Source: a bacterium (GTDB lineage: Bacteria; Armatimonadota; Chthonomonadetes; Chthonomonadales; JAMCWF01). Taken from it: DNA of 64,000 nt. A model generated the notes under the pieces. The model was given only the letters and a program-made list of their open reading frames with translations, did not search any database and had not been told where the DNA came from. The position numbers and the translations under genes were made by a program. The stretch is from the NCBI GenBank assembly GCA_021842405.1, contig JAKBZR010000003.1, positions 6,496-70,495 of the forward strand. The letters are read 5' to 3'. This document shows positions 34,737-43,715 of this stretch, in pieces. Each line of letters opens with the position of its first letter. The stretch's first letter is position 1.

Positions 34737-34910
34737 TTCATTATGTTAAGCCTGTTTGTGCGCAGTGCGCCCGTAGGTTTGTGTTAAGCGGCAAGCATAG
34801 AATAATAGAACCCAGCACCGCATCGAGGTGGTGCACAGCCAGAACCGGAGAATGTGGGAATTGAGAAGGTAGATTATGTTTTCCGGCTCGCATGGCCACT
34901 CTCTAATGAA

Positions 34911-35125
34911 GTAACAGTTCAGTTTTATGGGAATGATTTTTACGTTGCCCACCTCACCCCCCTTCCCCCTCTCCGAAACGGAGAGGGGGAGCGCCTGCTG
35001 CACCGATATACGCGTCGGTTCCCCCTTCCCGCCTCGGGAAGGGGGACAGGGGGTTAGGTGTTAAAACAGTGAGAGTATTTTTACATTCAACTCCTCACCC
35101 CAAAATTGCCCGGATAACTGAACTC
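34911..35125. mobile_element. MITE-like repeat, copy B
   Basis: The termini are GTAACAGTTCAGTTTTATGGGAATGATTTTT and AAAATTGCCCGGATAACTGAACTC. The core palindromes are CCCCCTCTCCGAAACGGAGAGGGGG and CCCCCTTCCCGCCTCGGGAAGGGGG. Confidence 0.65.
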
Positions 35126-35212
35126 TTGCCTAATGAATAGACCTGGATCAACCGGCGGTTAACGACCATTTAACATCTATTATAACGTGAAATTCCAAAT
35201 TGTCAAGCTGGA

Positions 35213-35439
35213 AGAGTTCAGTTTTGTGGGAGCGCATTAGGCCGACCCCCATCCTAGCCTTCCCCCTCTCAGGGGGAAGGGATCCGGACTGGGTCTTGGC
35301 GATTAATACGTCGCGCAAATCTTAGCATTCCCCCTCGCAACCGTTCCGTGCTCCTTCCCCCTCCTAGGAGAAAGGGCGGGATGGGGTCAAGACACACCGC
35401 CCTGTAACACCCGCCCAAATTGCCCGGAGAACTGAACTC
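35213..35439. mobile_element. MITE-like repeat, copy C
   Basis: The termini are AGAGTTCAGTTTTGTGGGAGC and AAATTGCCCGGAGAACTGAACTC. The core palindrome is CCTTCCCCCTCTCAGGGGGAAGG. The right half matches the partial copy at 24961-25044. Confidence 0.65.
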
Positions 35440-35487
35440 TTTCCGCCAATTCAAGCGCCATTCCTTCGGGTATAATGAATGCTACCC

Positions 35488-35516
35488 TTGACATTTTCCC
35501 CGCGCTAGCCCAAAAT
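35488..35516 (+). promoter_or_regulatory. Candidate sigma70 promoter: TTGACA, 17-nt spacer, CAAAAT
   Basis: A consensus -35 lies at 35488-35493 and a weak -10 at 35511-35516, about 100 nt upstream of rpoZ. Confidence 0.35.
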
Positions 35517-35615
35517 GATGGTGTAAAATATGTTGATCGAGAATCGGCGATCCACTCAAGAGAATTGGCACGAATGATGCGGGTTGCTTTGATGTCGTGA
35601 TTGGAGGTTTATAGC

Positions 35616-36101
35616 ATGATCTACCCGTCTGGCGATAAACTGGACGAGTTTGAAAACCGATACGCGTTAGTCATTTTAGGGGCGAAGCGCGCTTGCCAAC
35701 TGAAAGATAAGGCGCGCCCGCTGGTGGATTGCACCTCAAAGAATCACCTTACCGTCGCGCTGGAGGAAATTGCAAGCGGCCGGATCGTGGGAACCCAACA
35801 CTATGAGGAGTCGGAACCCGCCCATACCACCTCAACCGAGATATCAACCACCTTAACCGCCCTGCTCGAGCGATCGGATGAAGAGGAAGAGGGAGCGCCG
35901 GTTGAGACGCCGACCAGCCGCATTGACACCCTGCTGAAGGTTCCGGATGAAGACGTCGAAACTGAGCCGGAAGAGTTGGAGGTGGATGACGCGCTGGAAA
36001 TTGAAAACGATTCCGGTGAACTGGTTCAACCATCGGCGGAGCTGTTGGCGATGCTATCCGAACCGGATGAGAAAACAGAGGATGAAGAGGCTGAAGAGTA
36101 G
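35616..36101 (+). CDS. rpoZ: DNA-directed RNA polymerase subunit omega with a long acidic C-terminal tail
   Basis: The core is DKLDEFENRYALVILGAKRACQL. ATG 35616 lies 8 nt after GGAGG, while the ORF track opens at TTG 35601. About 90 aa of Glu/Asp-rich tail follow the omega fold. Confidence 0.75.
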   Translation: MIYPSGDKLDEFENRYALVILGAKRACQLKDKARPLVDCTSKNHLTVALEEIASGRIVGTQHYEESEPAHTTSTEISTTLTALLERSDEEEEGAPVETPTSRIDTLLKVPDEDVETEPEELEVDDALEIENDSGELVQPSAELLAMLSEPDEKTEDEEAEE

Positions 36102-36204
36102 CCGCCTTCATGGATGGAATTGAAGCCTTTTAAACACTCTCCAGTTTTTTCCTGCTCCACCGACCGACAGGCGCTAACGGAGTAAGGCGGGGACATCTCA
36201 TTCA

Positions 36205-37329
36205 ATGGCAACCGAGAAACAGGATTATTACGATATACTGGGCGTTTCAAAAAACAGCAGCCCGGAGGAGATTAAGCGAGCCTACCGCAACCTGGCGCGA
36301 CGCTACCATCCCGATGTCAACAAGGCACCCGATGCCGAATCTCGATTCAAGGAGATTAATGAAGCCTACGAGGTGCTGAGTGACGATTCCAAGCGCCGCA
36401 CTTACGACCGTTTCGGCCACGCCGGCGTATCGGGTGATGGAGGTGCGGCCGGTTTCGGACCCGGCTTCGGCGGTTTGGGTGATATCTTTGACGTCTTCTT
36501 CGGAATGGGCGGTGCGAGACCGCAGTCCGGCTTCAGCGCCGAGCGCGGCGATGACATGCGCCTCGACCTGGATCTCACCTTTGAGGAGGCGGCGCTCGGT
36601 ACGACAAAAACGATCCACTTTACCCGCCAATCCGCCTGCGACATCTGTCAGGGAACCGGTGCTAAACCGGGCACCCACATTGATGCCTGTCCGACCTGTC
36701 GCGGAACCGGTTATGTCCGCCATTCACAAAATACCATCCTCGGCTCCTTCACCACCACAACCCCATGTTCCCGATGTCGTGGGCAAGGGCAGGTGATCGG
36801 CTCCCCCTGTCAAAAATGCCAGGGCAGCGGTCGCACCCGAATGAATGAGAAGCGCGAGATACAAATCCCGGCCGGGGTGGACCACGGGTCGCGGATTCGG
36901 TTGCCGGGTGATGGGGATGCCGGCCTTCGGGGTGGCGAACCAGGAGATCTATACGTCGTTCTGATCGTCAAACCGCACGAGCATTTCGAGCGGCGCGGTA
37001 ACGACATCTACCTCGAGATGCCGGTCAGCTTTGCCCGTGCGGCACTGGGAGGGGCGGTTGAGGTGCCGACCCTCTACGGCATAGAAACGATCAACCTCCC
37101 GGAGGGCACTCAAAACGGCGCCAGCTTCCGGCTGCGGGATAAAGGCGTGCCCGATCTGAATGGCCATGGCCGCGGGGACCAGTTCGTTGTCGTAAGAATC
37201 GCCGTTCCTACCAAACTGACCGCCGATCAAAAATTCCTCTTGCGCCAGTTTGCCAATTCGTTGGGAGAGGAATTGGAAAACGGTGAGCGAGGTATCTGGA
37301 ATCGCCTCTTTCATAACGAGAAAAACTGA
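36205..37329 (+). CDS. dnaJ: Molecular chaperone DnaJ
   Basis: The J-domain is DYYDILGV...YHPDVN. A Gly-rich linker and four CxxCxGxG zinc-finger repeats are present. Confidence 0.93.
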   Translation: MATEKQDYYDILGVSKNSSPEEIKRAYRNLARRYHPDVNKAPDAESRFKEINEAYEVLSDDSKRRTYDRFGHAGVSGDGGAAGFGPGFGGLGDIFDVFFGMGGARPQSGFSAERGDDMRLDLDLTFEEAALGTTKTIHFTRQSACDICQGTGAKPGTHIDACPTCRGTGYVRHSQNTILGSFTTTTPCSRCRGQGQVIGSPCQKCQGSGRTRMNEKREIQIPAGVDHGSRIRLPGDGDAGLRGGEPGDLYVVLIVKPHEHFERRGNDIYLEMPVSFARAALGGAVEVPTLYGIETINLPEGTQNGASFRLRDKGVPDLNGHGRGDQFVVVRIAVPTKLTADQKFLLRQFANSLGEELENGERGIWNRLFHNEKN

Positions 37330-37334
37330 CCGGA

Positions 37335-38213
37335 ATGCGATGGGCTGCGATCGAAATCAAGACACCCCCCGATTCCATCGAGGCAGTCATCGGTATAATG
37401 CTGAATGTCGGCATCACTGGAATCGAACAAGTTGATGGAAATCCAGCGCGGCTGATCGGTTACCATCCGGTGAGTGACACGCTGGAGCCTCTCCTCGACT
37501 CACTGCAGCTCCAACTAAGCCGCATTTCTGCCTTCAACTTGCCGGCTACCGGTGAAATCACGCTTCGCACGGTGGATGAAGCGGATTGGGAGAGCGCCTG
37601 GAAGCAGTACTTCAAACCGCTGGAGATCGGTCAACGCTTGGTCATTTTACCAACCTGGGAGCGATACTCCAATCCCGATCAGCGCTTAATCGTTCGTCTT
37701 GACCCCGGCATGGCCTTTGGAACCGGCGGCCATCCTACCACTCGGCTGTGCCTGATCGCATTGGAAAAATGGGTCAATGGAGGCGATTGGGTGGTGGATA
37801 TCGGCACCGGCTCCTGCATACTGGCGCTGGCAGCCGCCCGATTGGGCGCAGGGCAGGTCTATGCGACCGATATTGATGCGCTGCCACGGGAAGTGGCCGC
37901 AAAAAACGTCATCCTCAATGATCTAGTGCCGCAGGTTACTATTTTTAAACCGGAGGATTTGCAGCAGCGATTGGCCGACGATTATCCTCGCTGCCCCGAT
38001 CTGGCAGTCGTCAATATTATAGCCGACACGATCATCGAGCTGGGCGCCACCGTACATCGAATGCTGAAGCCGGGCGGTCTATTCATCGCTTGCGGTATTG
38101 TGGAGGAGCGAGAGCCGGATGTCATCCGCTCACTTTCAAATGAGGGATTTGAGTTGGTTGAGAAGATGGATGACGAAATTTGGCGGCTTCTCGTGTGTCG
38201 CAAAGCCGGGTAG
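37335..38213 (+). CDS. prmA: Ribosomal protein L11 methyltransferase
   Basis: The N-terminus is MRWAAIEIKT, typical of PrmA. The motifs DPGMAFGTGGHPTT and the SAM motif VVDIGTGSCILALAA are present. The gene follows dnaJ by 5 nt. Confidence 0.88.
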   Translation: MRWAAIEIKTPPDSIEAVIGIMLNVGITGIEQVDGNPARLIGYHPVSDTLEPLLDSLQLQLSRISAFNLPATGEITLRTVDEADWESAWKQYFKPLEIGQRLVILPTWERYSNPDQRLIVRLDPGMAFGTGGHPTTRLCLIALEKWVNGGDWVVDIGTGSCILALAAARLGAGQVYATDIDALPREVAAKNVILNDLVPQVTIFKPEDLQQRLADDYPRCPDLAVVNIIADTIIELGATVHRMLKPGGLFIACGIVEEREPDVIRSLSNEGFELVEKMDDEIWRLLVCRKAG

Positions 38214-38248
38214 CTCAATCAATTCATTATAAGAGAAATCCTAACCGC

Positions 38249-38983
38249 ATGCCCATTCACGTCTTTGTCCCGCCGAGCTGCATTTTGGACGACACGGCTG
38301 AAATAACGGGTGCCGATTTTCATCACCTGGCGCGGGTATTGAGGGTGCGAGCGGGAGAGCGGATCGTCCTGCTGGACAACACCGGCTTTGTTTACCGAGG
38401 TGCAATTCATCAAATCAACCGCCGCTCGATAACCGCAGCCGGCCTCGTCCGCGAACCGGGACCGGTTGAACCGATGCCTGCGATCTATCTCGCTCAAGCG
38501 ATGGTGAGGGGCGAGCGCTTGGATGAGGTGATCCAGTTGGGATGCCAGGTTGGGATCAGCGCGTTTTGGCCGCTTATGACCAACCGGGGACTGAACGGCT
38601 GGTCAATTGAGAAGGAGGCGGAGAAGTTGGAGCGCTGGCGCTCGATCGCTAAAGCGGCGGCCGAGCAATCCAAGCGTACCCGCATTCCGCCTATCGAAAA
38701 GCCCTCAACGCTGGCCGAAACCCGCCAGCGATATTCGGATGCGCTGGCCGTTTTGCTTCACCCCTTCGAGCCAGCGATAGCTTTAAAACGGTTGCTAAAT
38801 GGGCAAGCCACCCCTCCCAGCGAAATCCTATTGGTGGTCGGCCCGGAAGGCGGTTTTGATCCAGCCGAAATTGAAGAGGCGATCGATCTCGGGTTCCATA
38901 TCGCCACCATCGGCAAAACAATCCTTCGCACCGAACTGGCCGGCGCCGTCGCCGCAGCGCGTATCTTTCACCATTACGAATAA
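38249..38983 (+). CDS. rsmE: 16S rRNA (uracil1498-N3)-methyltransferase
   Basis: The motifs HHLARVLRVRAGERIVLLDNTG and VVGPEGGFDPAEIE are present. ATG 38249 is preferred over the upstream ORF opening at 38180, which overlaps prmA. Confidence 0.85.
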   Translation: MPIHVFVPPSCILDDTAEITGADFHHLARVLRVRAGERIVLLDNTGFVYRGAIHQINRRSITAAGLVREPGPVEPMPAIYLAQAMVRGERLDEVIQLGCQVGISAFWPLMTNRGLNGWSIEKEAEKLERWRSIAKAAAEQSKRTRIPPIEKPSTLAETRQRYSDALAVLLHPFEPAIALKRLLNGQATPPSEILLVVGPEGGFDPAEIEEAIDLGFHIATIGKTILRTELAGAVAAARIFHHYE

Positions 38984-39138
38984 TTATTATGCGGTGGGAC
39001 GATCCCATTATTCAGTCCAACGACCAAACCCTCTCCTCTGACCGATAAGGGATCAAGAGCCGGTATAATGCAAATGAAGGAGGCGAAGATAACCGCTCTG
39101 CCTCCTCGACAAATCATAACCGAGATAAAGGAGCTGAA

Positions 39139-39462
39139 ATGCCAAAAATCACGGTTGAGGGCGAAGGATCATTTGAATTGCCGGTGGGAAAGAAGCTCGT
39201 ACTGGGCGTCGAAGATGCCGGCATTGACATACTCCATCGTTGCGGAGGTCAGGCCAAGTGCACCACCTGCCGGGTTGTGGTGCTGGAGGGGGATCCTCCA
39301 CCGATGGGCGAAGTGGAGCACGCAAGGCTATCCGAAGAAGAGGACTGGGAGGGAAATTATCGTCTGAGCTGCCAGATGAGACCCTCCAACCCGCTAACCG
39401 TCCGGGTGATCAATCGGTCGCACCTCAAAGGCATTGAACCGGGGCCGCGTCCCGAGGATTAA
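39139..39462 (+). CDS. 2Fe-2S ferredoxin
   Basis: The 107-aa ORF carries the Cys pattern C-X5-C-X2-C-X33-C (HRCGGQAKCTTCRV...RLSCQM). Confidence 0.75.
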   Translation: MPKITVEGEGSFELPVGKKLVLGVEDAGIDILHRCGGQAKCTTCRVVVLEGDPPPMGEVEHARLSEEEDWEGNYRLSCQMRPSNPLTVRVINRSHLKGIEPGPRPED

Positions 39463-39478
39463 CCGCTGAAACTAGGCC

Positions 39479-39516
39479 GGTGGCCGTATTCACTCGTTTT
39501 GAGTATTGCGGCCACC
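39479..39516. terminator. Stem-loop GGTGGCCG/CGGCCACC with a 22-nt loop, located between convergent genes
   Basis: The inverted repeat is read directly at 39479-39486 and 39509-39516. Confidence 0.35.
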
Positions 39517-39552
39517 AATTGATGTGACCGTCGCTTCTATTCGCCGCGCCCA

Positions 39553-40878
39553 TCATTGGGTCTGATCCTGCAGAAATTGGGCCCAGCGGGTTACCCGTGT
39601 TAGGGCCAGGTTTGTGTAGGTGCTCAGGTAGTTCTGTGCACTGGGCACATAGACGGCCAAGCCACGCGATCCCGGCGACTGACTCCCATGCGCTTCCGAC
39701 AAAACGGATGCCGTAACCGCCTGCTCCATCGCAATGGCTGCCGCTCGTAGGTCCGAAGCGGAGGTCGTGGTCGCGATTTGGTTGGCGTAATCGTAAAGGT
39801 CTTTGTTATCCGGGTACTCGTATGCCTGGGCGTTGTTGCGGGCGTTCATGATGACGGCGGCTTGATCGTTGATGTGGCTTAAGAGCGAAATCGAGAACTG
39901 GTTTAAAGCGGACGCCACTTGATCCATTGCGCTGAGTTTGAGCGTGGATTGGGTTACATTTGAGTTGTTGCCATATTCGGAGATCATATCCTTAACCGTG
40001 TCGGAACCAAGCTGGCAAGGCGTGTCCGTTCCGTTATTTGCGTTGATCTGGTTAAGCAGATCGGACAAAATGGTATCGTAGGGGTAGCCGGTTCCGGGCG
40101 GGCTCTCCTCGGAGCCGATCATAACGGATGCAGAGTTGCGGATCTCATAAGCGACTTCAATCATCTGCTCGAGCGACGCATCGAACATCACCGCGTCCAG
40201 CTTTGGAGTCACCGCCATCGCTTCCGGCAACTCCCAGGTCTCGATCTCATCTCCGGTTTGATCATCAAATGAAACCGCCCGGCTACCGGCCATCGGCTGT
40301 GGAACCGATCGGTTGATATTACGCCAGCCGGAGCCATGATCCCAAATGATGAGGGCATAGTGATCGGCGGGGTAGTTTTGCATTCCCCACACGATGAAAT
40401 CGTGAAGAGTTTGCCAACTCCCCATATCGGTGTTGGTGGGCGTTGAGCGCAGCAGGGTGGAGTGAATGGTGTTGGTATTGGTGGAGCATAAATTCACATC
40501 GGCGTTGTAGCCATCCAAGTCGTGGGTCACGTAGTATCGGCGAACACCGGTCCATTGTGGATTGCCGCAGTCATAACAGTTGGCCATTTTCCACTGAACC
40601 ACAATATTCAGCTTCCCCGGCACCGAGCCCACTGATTCCATCTGGTTCATGTTTTGGATGCTGTAGGGCTGCAAGTTGTTGGCTGCGTTCATATAGACCA
40701 GAATGGTCCAATAGGCATTACCGGGGGTATGCGCTGTGTTTGGAGCACATGGGTCTCTTGTAATGCCACCGGAGGAGATTCCACCCGACCCACCGCACCC
40801 AGCTAATAGAGCGGCGGCTAGTCCGAACAGAGGTAGAATCAGCGCAGCTCGCTTACCGGCCACACCCAAAAAACCCAT
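39553..40878 (-). CDS. Clostripain-family (C11) lipoprotein with Ser at the catalytic-Cys position
   Basis: The lipobox is LAAALLAGCGG. ATG 40878 follows the RBS AAGGGAG. The motifs ILVYMNAANNL and IIWDHGSGW (catalytic-His motif) are present. VMFDASLEQMIEVAYE stands where C11 enzymes have FDACLM. Confidence 0.7.
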   Translation of the reverse strand: MGFLGVAGKRAALILPLFGLAAALLAGCGGSGGISSGGITRDPCAPNTAHTPGNAYWTILVYMNAANNLQPYSIQNMNQMESVGSVPGKLNIVVQWKMANCYDCGNPQWTGVRRYYVTHDLDGYNADVNLCSTNTNTIHSTLLRSTPTNTDMGSWQTLHDFIVWGMQNYPADHYALIIWDHGSGWRNINRSVPQPMAGSRAVSFDDQTGDEIETWELPEAMAVTPKLDAVMFDASLEQMIEVAYEIRNSASVMIGSEESPPGTGYPYDTILSDLLNQINANNGTDTPCQLGSDTVKDMISEYGNNSNVTQSTLKLSAMDQVASALNQFSISLLSHINDQAAVIMNARNNAQAYEYPDNKDLYDYANQIATTTSASDLRAAAIAMEQAVTASVLSEAHGSQSPGSRGLAVYVPSAQNYLSTYTNLALTRVTRWAQFLQDQTQ

Positions 40879-41279
40879 AATTCGAGGTACTCCCTTCAAA
40901 CTTTTCCTTGAGTTTAGAGTATAACATAAACAGCAGACTTCGCCGTTATCAATCGAATGCGGTTGCTGTGACCGAGCCACCTGTCTTGATTGTTTTGCCC
41001 CGGATGAGGCAGTCTGCTGCTGGTGCTGAATAAAAGAATGTTCAGGTGTTGAGAAGAGGTTGGCGCGCTGCAGATAGCGATCATTAATTTAATAGAATGC
41101 CGTTATTGTTCATTACCGAACCGGGGGCTCTAACCCTATTACTTTTAGTCTTGGGAAAAAAGATCGGTAGTCAAGTATACCTAACTCACTTACCTTGACG
41201 CAATTTGAAGTGATTTGTTCGATTCGGCAGCCCAGCGTTTTAATATATTCTTACCACATCTTTAAGAGGACACCGCAAT

Positions 41280-42929
41280 TTGAGCCGAATAAGTCACCAC
41301 CGGGGAAGGGAAGCGGCCGTTGTTTTAACCGGAGCGGCCGTCATCCTCCTCGGTATCTACGCCTTGCATCCCAACGTTTCGATGTTGTTACCTGGGGTGA
41401 TTGCGCTGGTAATCGGTTCGGTCATTCTAAAGCTCGCCTTTTCAATTGACCTTCTCACGCCGTCCCTTCCGGCGATCATCATCCTGCTAGGGTGGCTCCT
41501 TGGGACGGCTCCCACCGCGGTGGGTCTGTTAGTAGCCGAATTCATCAACAGGTCACTCGATATTGCGGGTCAGCGGGTCAATCGCATTTTGCACGTCTAT
41601 CGCCTGTTGATCGCACTGATCCTGTCCGAGCTTTTCATCCAGCACTACCACCATCTCTATCTTAATTCAGTGGGACATCAGATCAATCTCATGGGTTTGA
41701 TCGCTCAATTGCTGGTGATGGGATTAGCTTTTTACCTATCCGGATTCATCTTGCCGACAGCAAGACTTCAACCGATGAAGCGGCCGACCCGGCGGTTGAG
41801 GGTATGGATGTGTTTGGCCGGACTATTACTAGCGGTTGGACTGAAGATGGGTGTGGATCGGGTTGGCTGGCCGATCGTCGGTTTAGTCAGTCTTGCGGTG
41901 CTGATCGTGGGGGCCATGCAGTGGTTTTTTGAAGAGACTCATCATATGCACCGACAGATTCAGGCCATGCAGGAGATGAGCCATCGCAGCATCCACGATA
42001 TTCATCCCGATCTGTTGCTGATGCACCTTTTCAATTTGGCCCACTCCATCGTTCCTTTCGACCAAGCAATCGCTTGGCTGCCCGATCCGGGCAGCGGAAT
42101 CATGGTCGCCCGGAGCGTCTGGCCGGATGGCAGTTCGATACCTACCGTTCGATTTGAGCCGGGTGAGTTCGTGATCGGGAAGGTAGCGGTAAAGGGCGCC
42201 TCCCTGTTAATTCCGGCCGGCACAAGAAAATGGGGGGACGCCGGTGGTGATATTCCGTGCGGGGCCTGGTTGGTTACACCGCTGACCGCCCGCGGCAACA
42301 CGATTGGTGTCATCCAACTCATTCGAGAGGGACACCGCCGTTTTCGCCCGGTTGAGCTGCATCGCCTCAAACCGCTGATCGCGCACGCCGCCATCTCGCT
42401 CGAAAATGTGAGAATCCGGTTTGAGATGCGCGATCTAGCGATCCGTGACGGCCTGACCGGCCTGCTCAATCACCGCCGGGCACAGGAGGTGTTGAAAGCG
42501 GAGGTCTGGCGGGCCGAGCGCTACCACCGATCTCTATCGGTGCTGATGTTGGATGTGGACAGTTTCAAGCAATTCAACGACCAATTCGGACATCCGCAGG
42601 GTGACCTGCTTTTGCGCGGTCTGGCCGCCATCGTGAGATCCAACACTCGGCACGTGGACTCGGTGGCGCGATACGGTGGTGAGGAGTTCATTATCATCCT
42701 GCCTGAAACCACCAAAGAGAGCGCTATCCGGCTGGCCGAGCGGATTCGAGTTGCCGTTGAAGGGCACCGATTCCAACTGGAAGATGGCCAAGCCGCTTGC
42801 GTAACCGTCAGCATGGGGGTGGCAACCTATCCCGAAGACGGCCTGAACAGCGCTTCGCTGGTTCAATCTGCGGACAGCGCGATGTATCAGGCCAAGCGCG
42901 ACGGGAAAAATCGCGTTGTCTTCTCATGA
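41280..42929 (+). CDS. Membrane-anchored GAF-GGDEF diguanylate cyclase
   Basis: About 6 N-terminal TM helices precede a GAF-like region. The GGDEF domain reads RYGGEEFIIILPE, with an RxxD I-site (RHVD) 5 residues upstream. The start codon (TTG 41280) is uncertain. Confidence 0.8.
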   Translation: MSRISHHRGREAAVVLTGAAVILLGIYALHPNVSMLLPGVIALVIGSVILKLAFSIDLLTPSLPAIIILLGWLLGTAPTAVGLLVAEFINRSLDIAGQRVNRILHVYRLLIALILSELFIQHYHHLYLNSVGHQINLMGLIAQLLVMGLAFYLSGFILPTARLQPMKRPTRRLRVWMCLAGLLLAVGLKMGVDRVGWPIVGLVSLAVLIVGAMQWFFEETHHMHRQIQAMQEMSHRSIHDIHPDLLLMHLFNLAHSIVPFDQAIAWLPDPGSGIMVARSVWPDGSSIPTVRFEPGEFVIGKVAVKGASLLIPAGTRKWGDAGGDIPCGAWLVTPLTARGNTIGVIQLIREGHRRFRPVELHRLKPLIAHAAISLENVRIRFEMRDLAIRDGLTGLLNHRRAQEVLKAEVWRAERYHRSLSVLMLDVDSFKQFNDQFGHPQGDLLLRGLAAIVRSNTRHVDSVARYGGEEFIIILPETTKESAIRLAERIRVAVEGHRFQLEDGQAACVTVSMGVATYPEDGLNSASLVQSADSAMYQAKRDGKNRVVFS

Positions 42930-42986
42930 ACCTCTTAGTCCTGCTATCCATACCGGTCATCCCTCAAATCGGGTACACTTTTTTCA

Positions 42987-43715
42987 ATGGAAAATAAAGA
43001 TAAACTGAGTTGGATATTTTTTGACATCGGCAACGTGTTGATGGACGAAACCCCCTGGTTGAATTACTACACCGAGCTGATCTACCGAACCCTATCCTCC
43101 GCCGGATTCCTCCAATCCCGAGAACGATATGACGGTGAAATCGCACGAATCCTGAGCGAAGAACGGGGTGAAATCAGCCAACTCTGGCACCTTTTCGTTC
43201 CGGACGAAGGGAAGCGGGAAGCGCTCAGGCTTTCGATCCGGGAAGAAAATCTGTGGGCATACTACGAGCTCACCGGACCGCTGGCCGGTATTCCCGAAAC
43301 ACTGCGCGATTTGGCTGCTGACTTCCAACTGGGCATCATCGCCAATCAGCAAAAGGGAGCTCATCGCTGGCTCGAGAAAAATCAGCTCCAACCATACTTC
43401 CAGGTTTGCGCGCTAGACTGCGATCTCGGCGTGGCAAAGCCGGACCGACGCCATTTCGAGTGGGCGTTGAAAGAGGCGGGATGCCGCCCCAAAGAAGCGA
43501 TGATGATCGGGGATCGTCTGGATTACGATATCGAGCCGGCTAAAGCGCTCGGGATGAGTACCATCAGGCTCCGTGCTTGCGGAGATTATCGGCGCCGGGA
43601 AGTTCGTTCGGAGAGTGAGCGCCCTGATGTCGAGCTTTACCATGCCATTGAAATCGCACCGGCCGTCAGGCGGTTGGCCTCGTTGCCCGCCACGCCGCTC
43701 ATTCCCATCAACTGA
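42987..43715 (+). CDS. HAD-superfamily hydrolase
   Basis: The motif I region is IFFDIGNVLMDE and the motif IV region is MIGDRLDYDIEPA. Confidence 0.65.
   Translation: MENKDKLSWIFFDIGNVLMDETPWLNYYTELIYRTLSSAGFLQSRERYDGEIARILSEERGEISQLWHLFVPDEGKREALRLSIREENLWAYYELTGPLAGIPETLRDLAADFQLGIIANQQKGAHRWLEKNQLQPYFQVCALDCDLGVAKPDRRHFEWALKEAGCRPKEAMMIGDRLDYDIEPAKALGMSTIRLRACGDYRRREVRSESERPDVELYHAIEIAPAVRRLASLPATPLIPIN

Noticed and set aside
34553-35057. ORFs at 34553-34741, 34746-35003 and 34854-35057, and at 35269-35454, which contain peptides such as PLGGGLGWGQ and LPPLRNGEGER.
   Set aside because: They lie inside the MITE-like repeats. Their 'protein' sequence is the translation of GC-rich palindromes.
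34541-35439. A possible CRISPR array, considered because of the clustered palindromic repeats.
   Set aside because: The units are about 200 nt long, have inverted termini and heterogeneous interiors, and are separated by irregular spacers of 174 and 87 nt. There are no short constant direct repeats with uniform spacers and no cas genes in the window.
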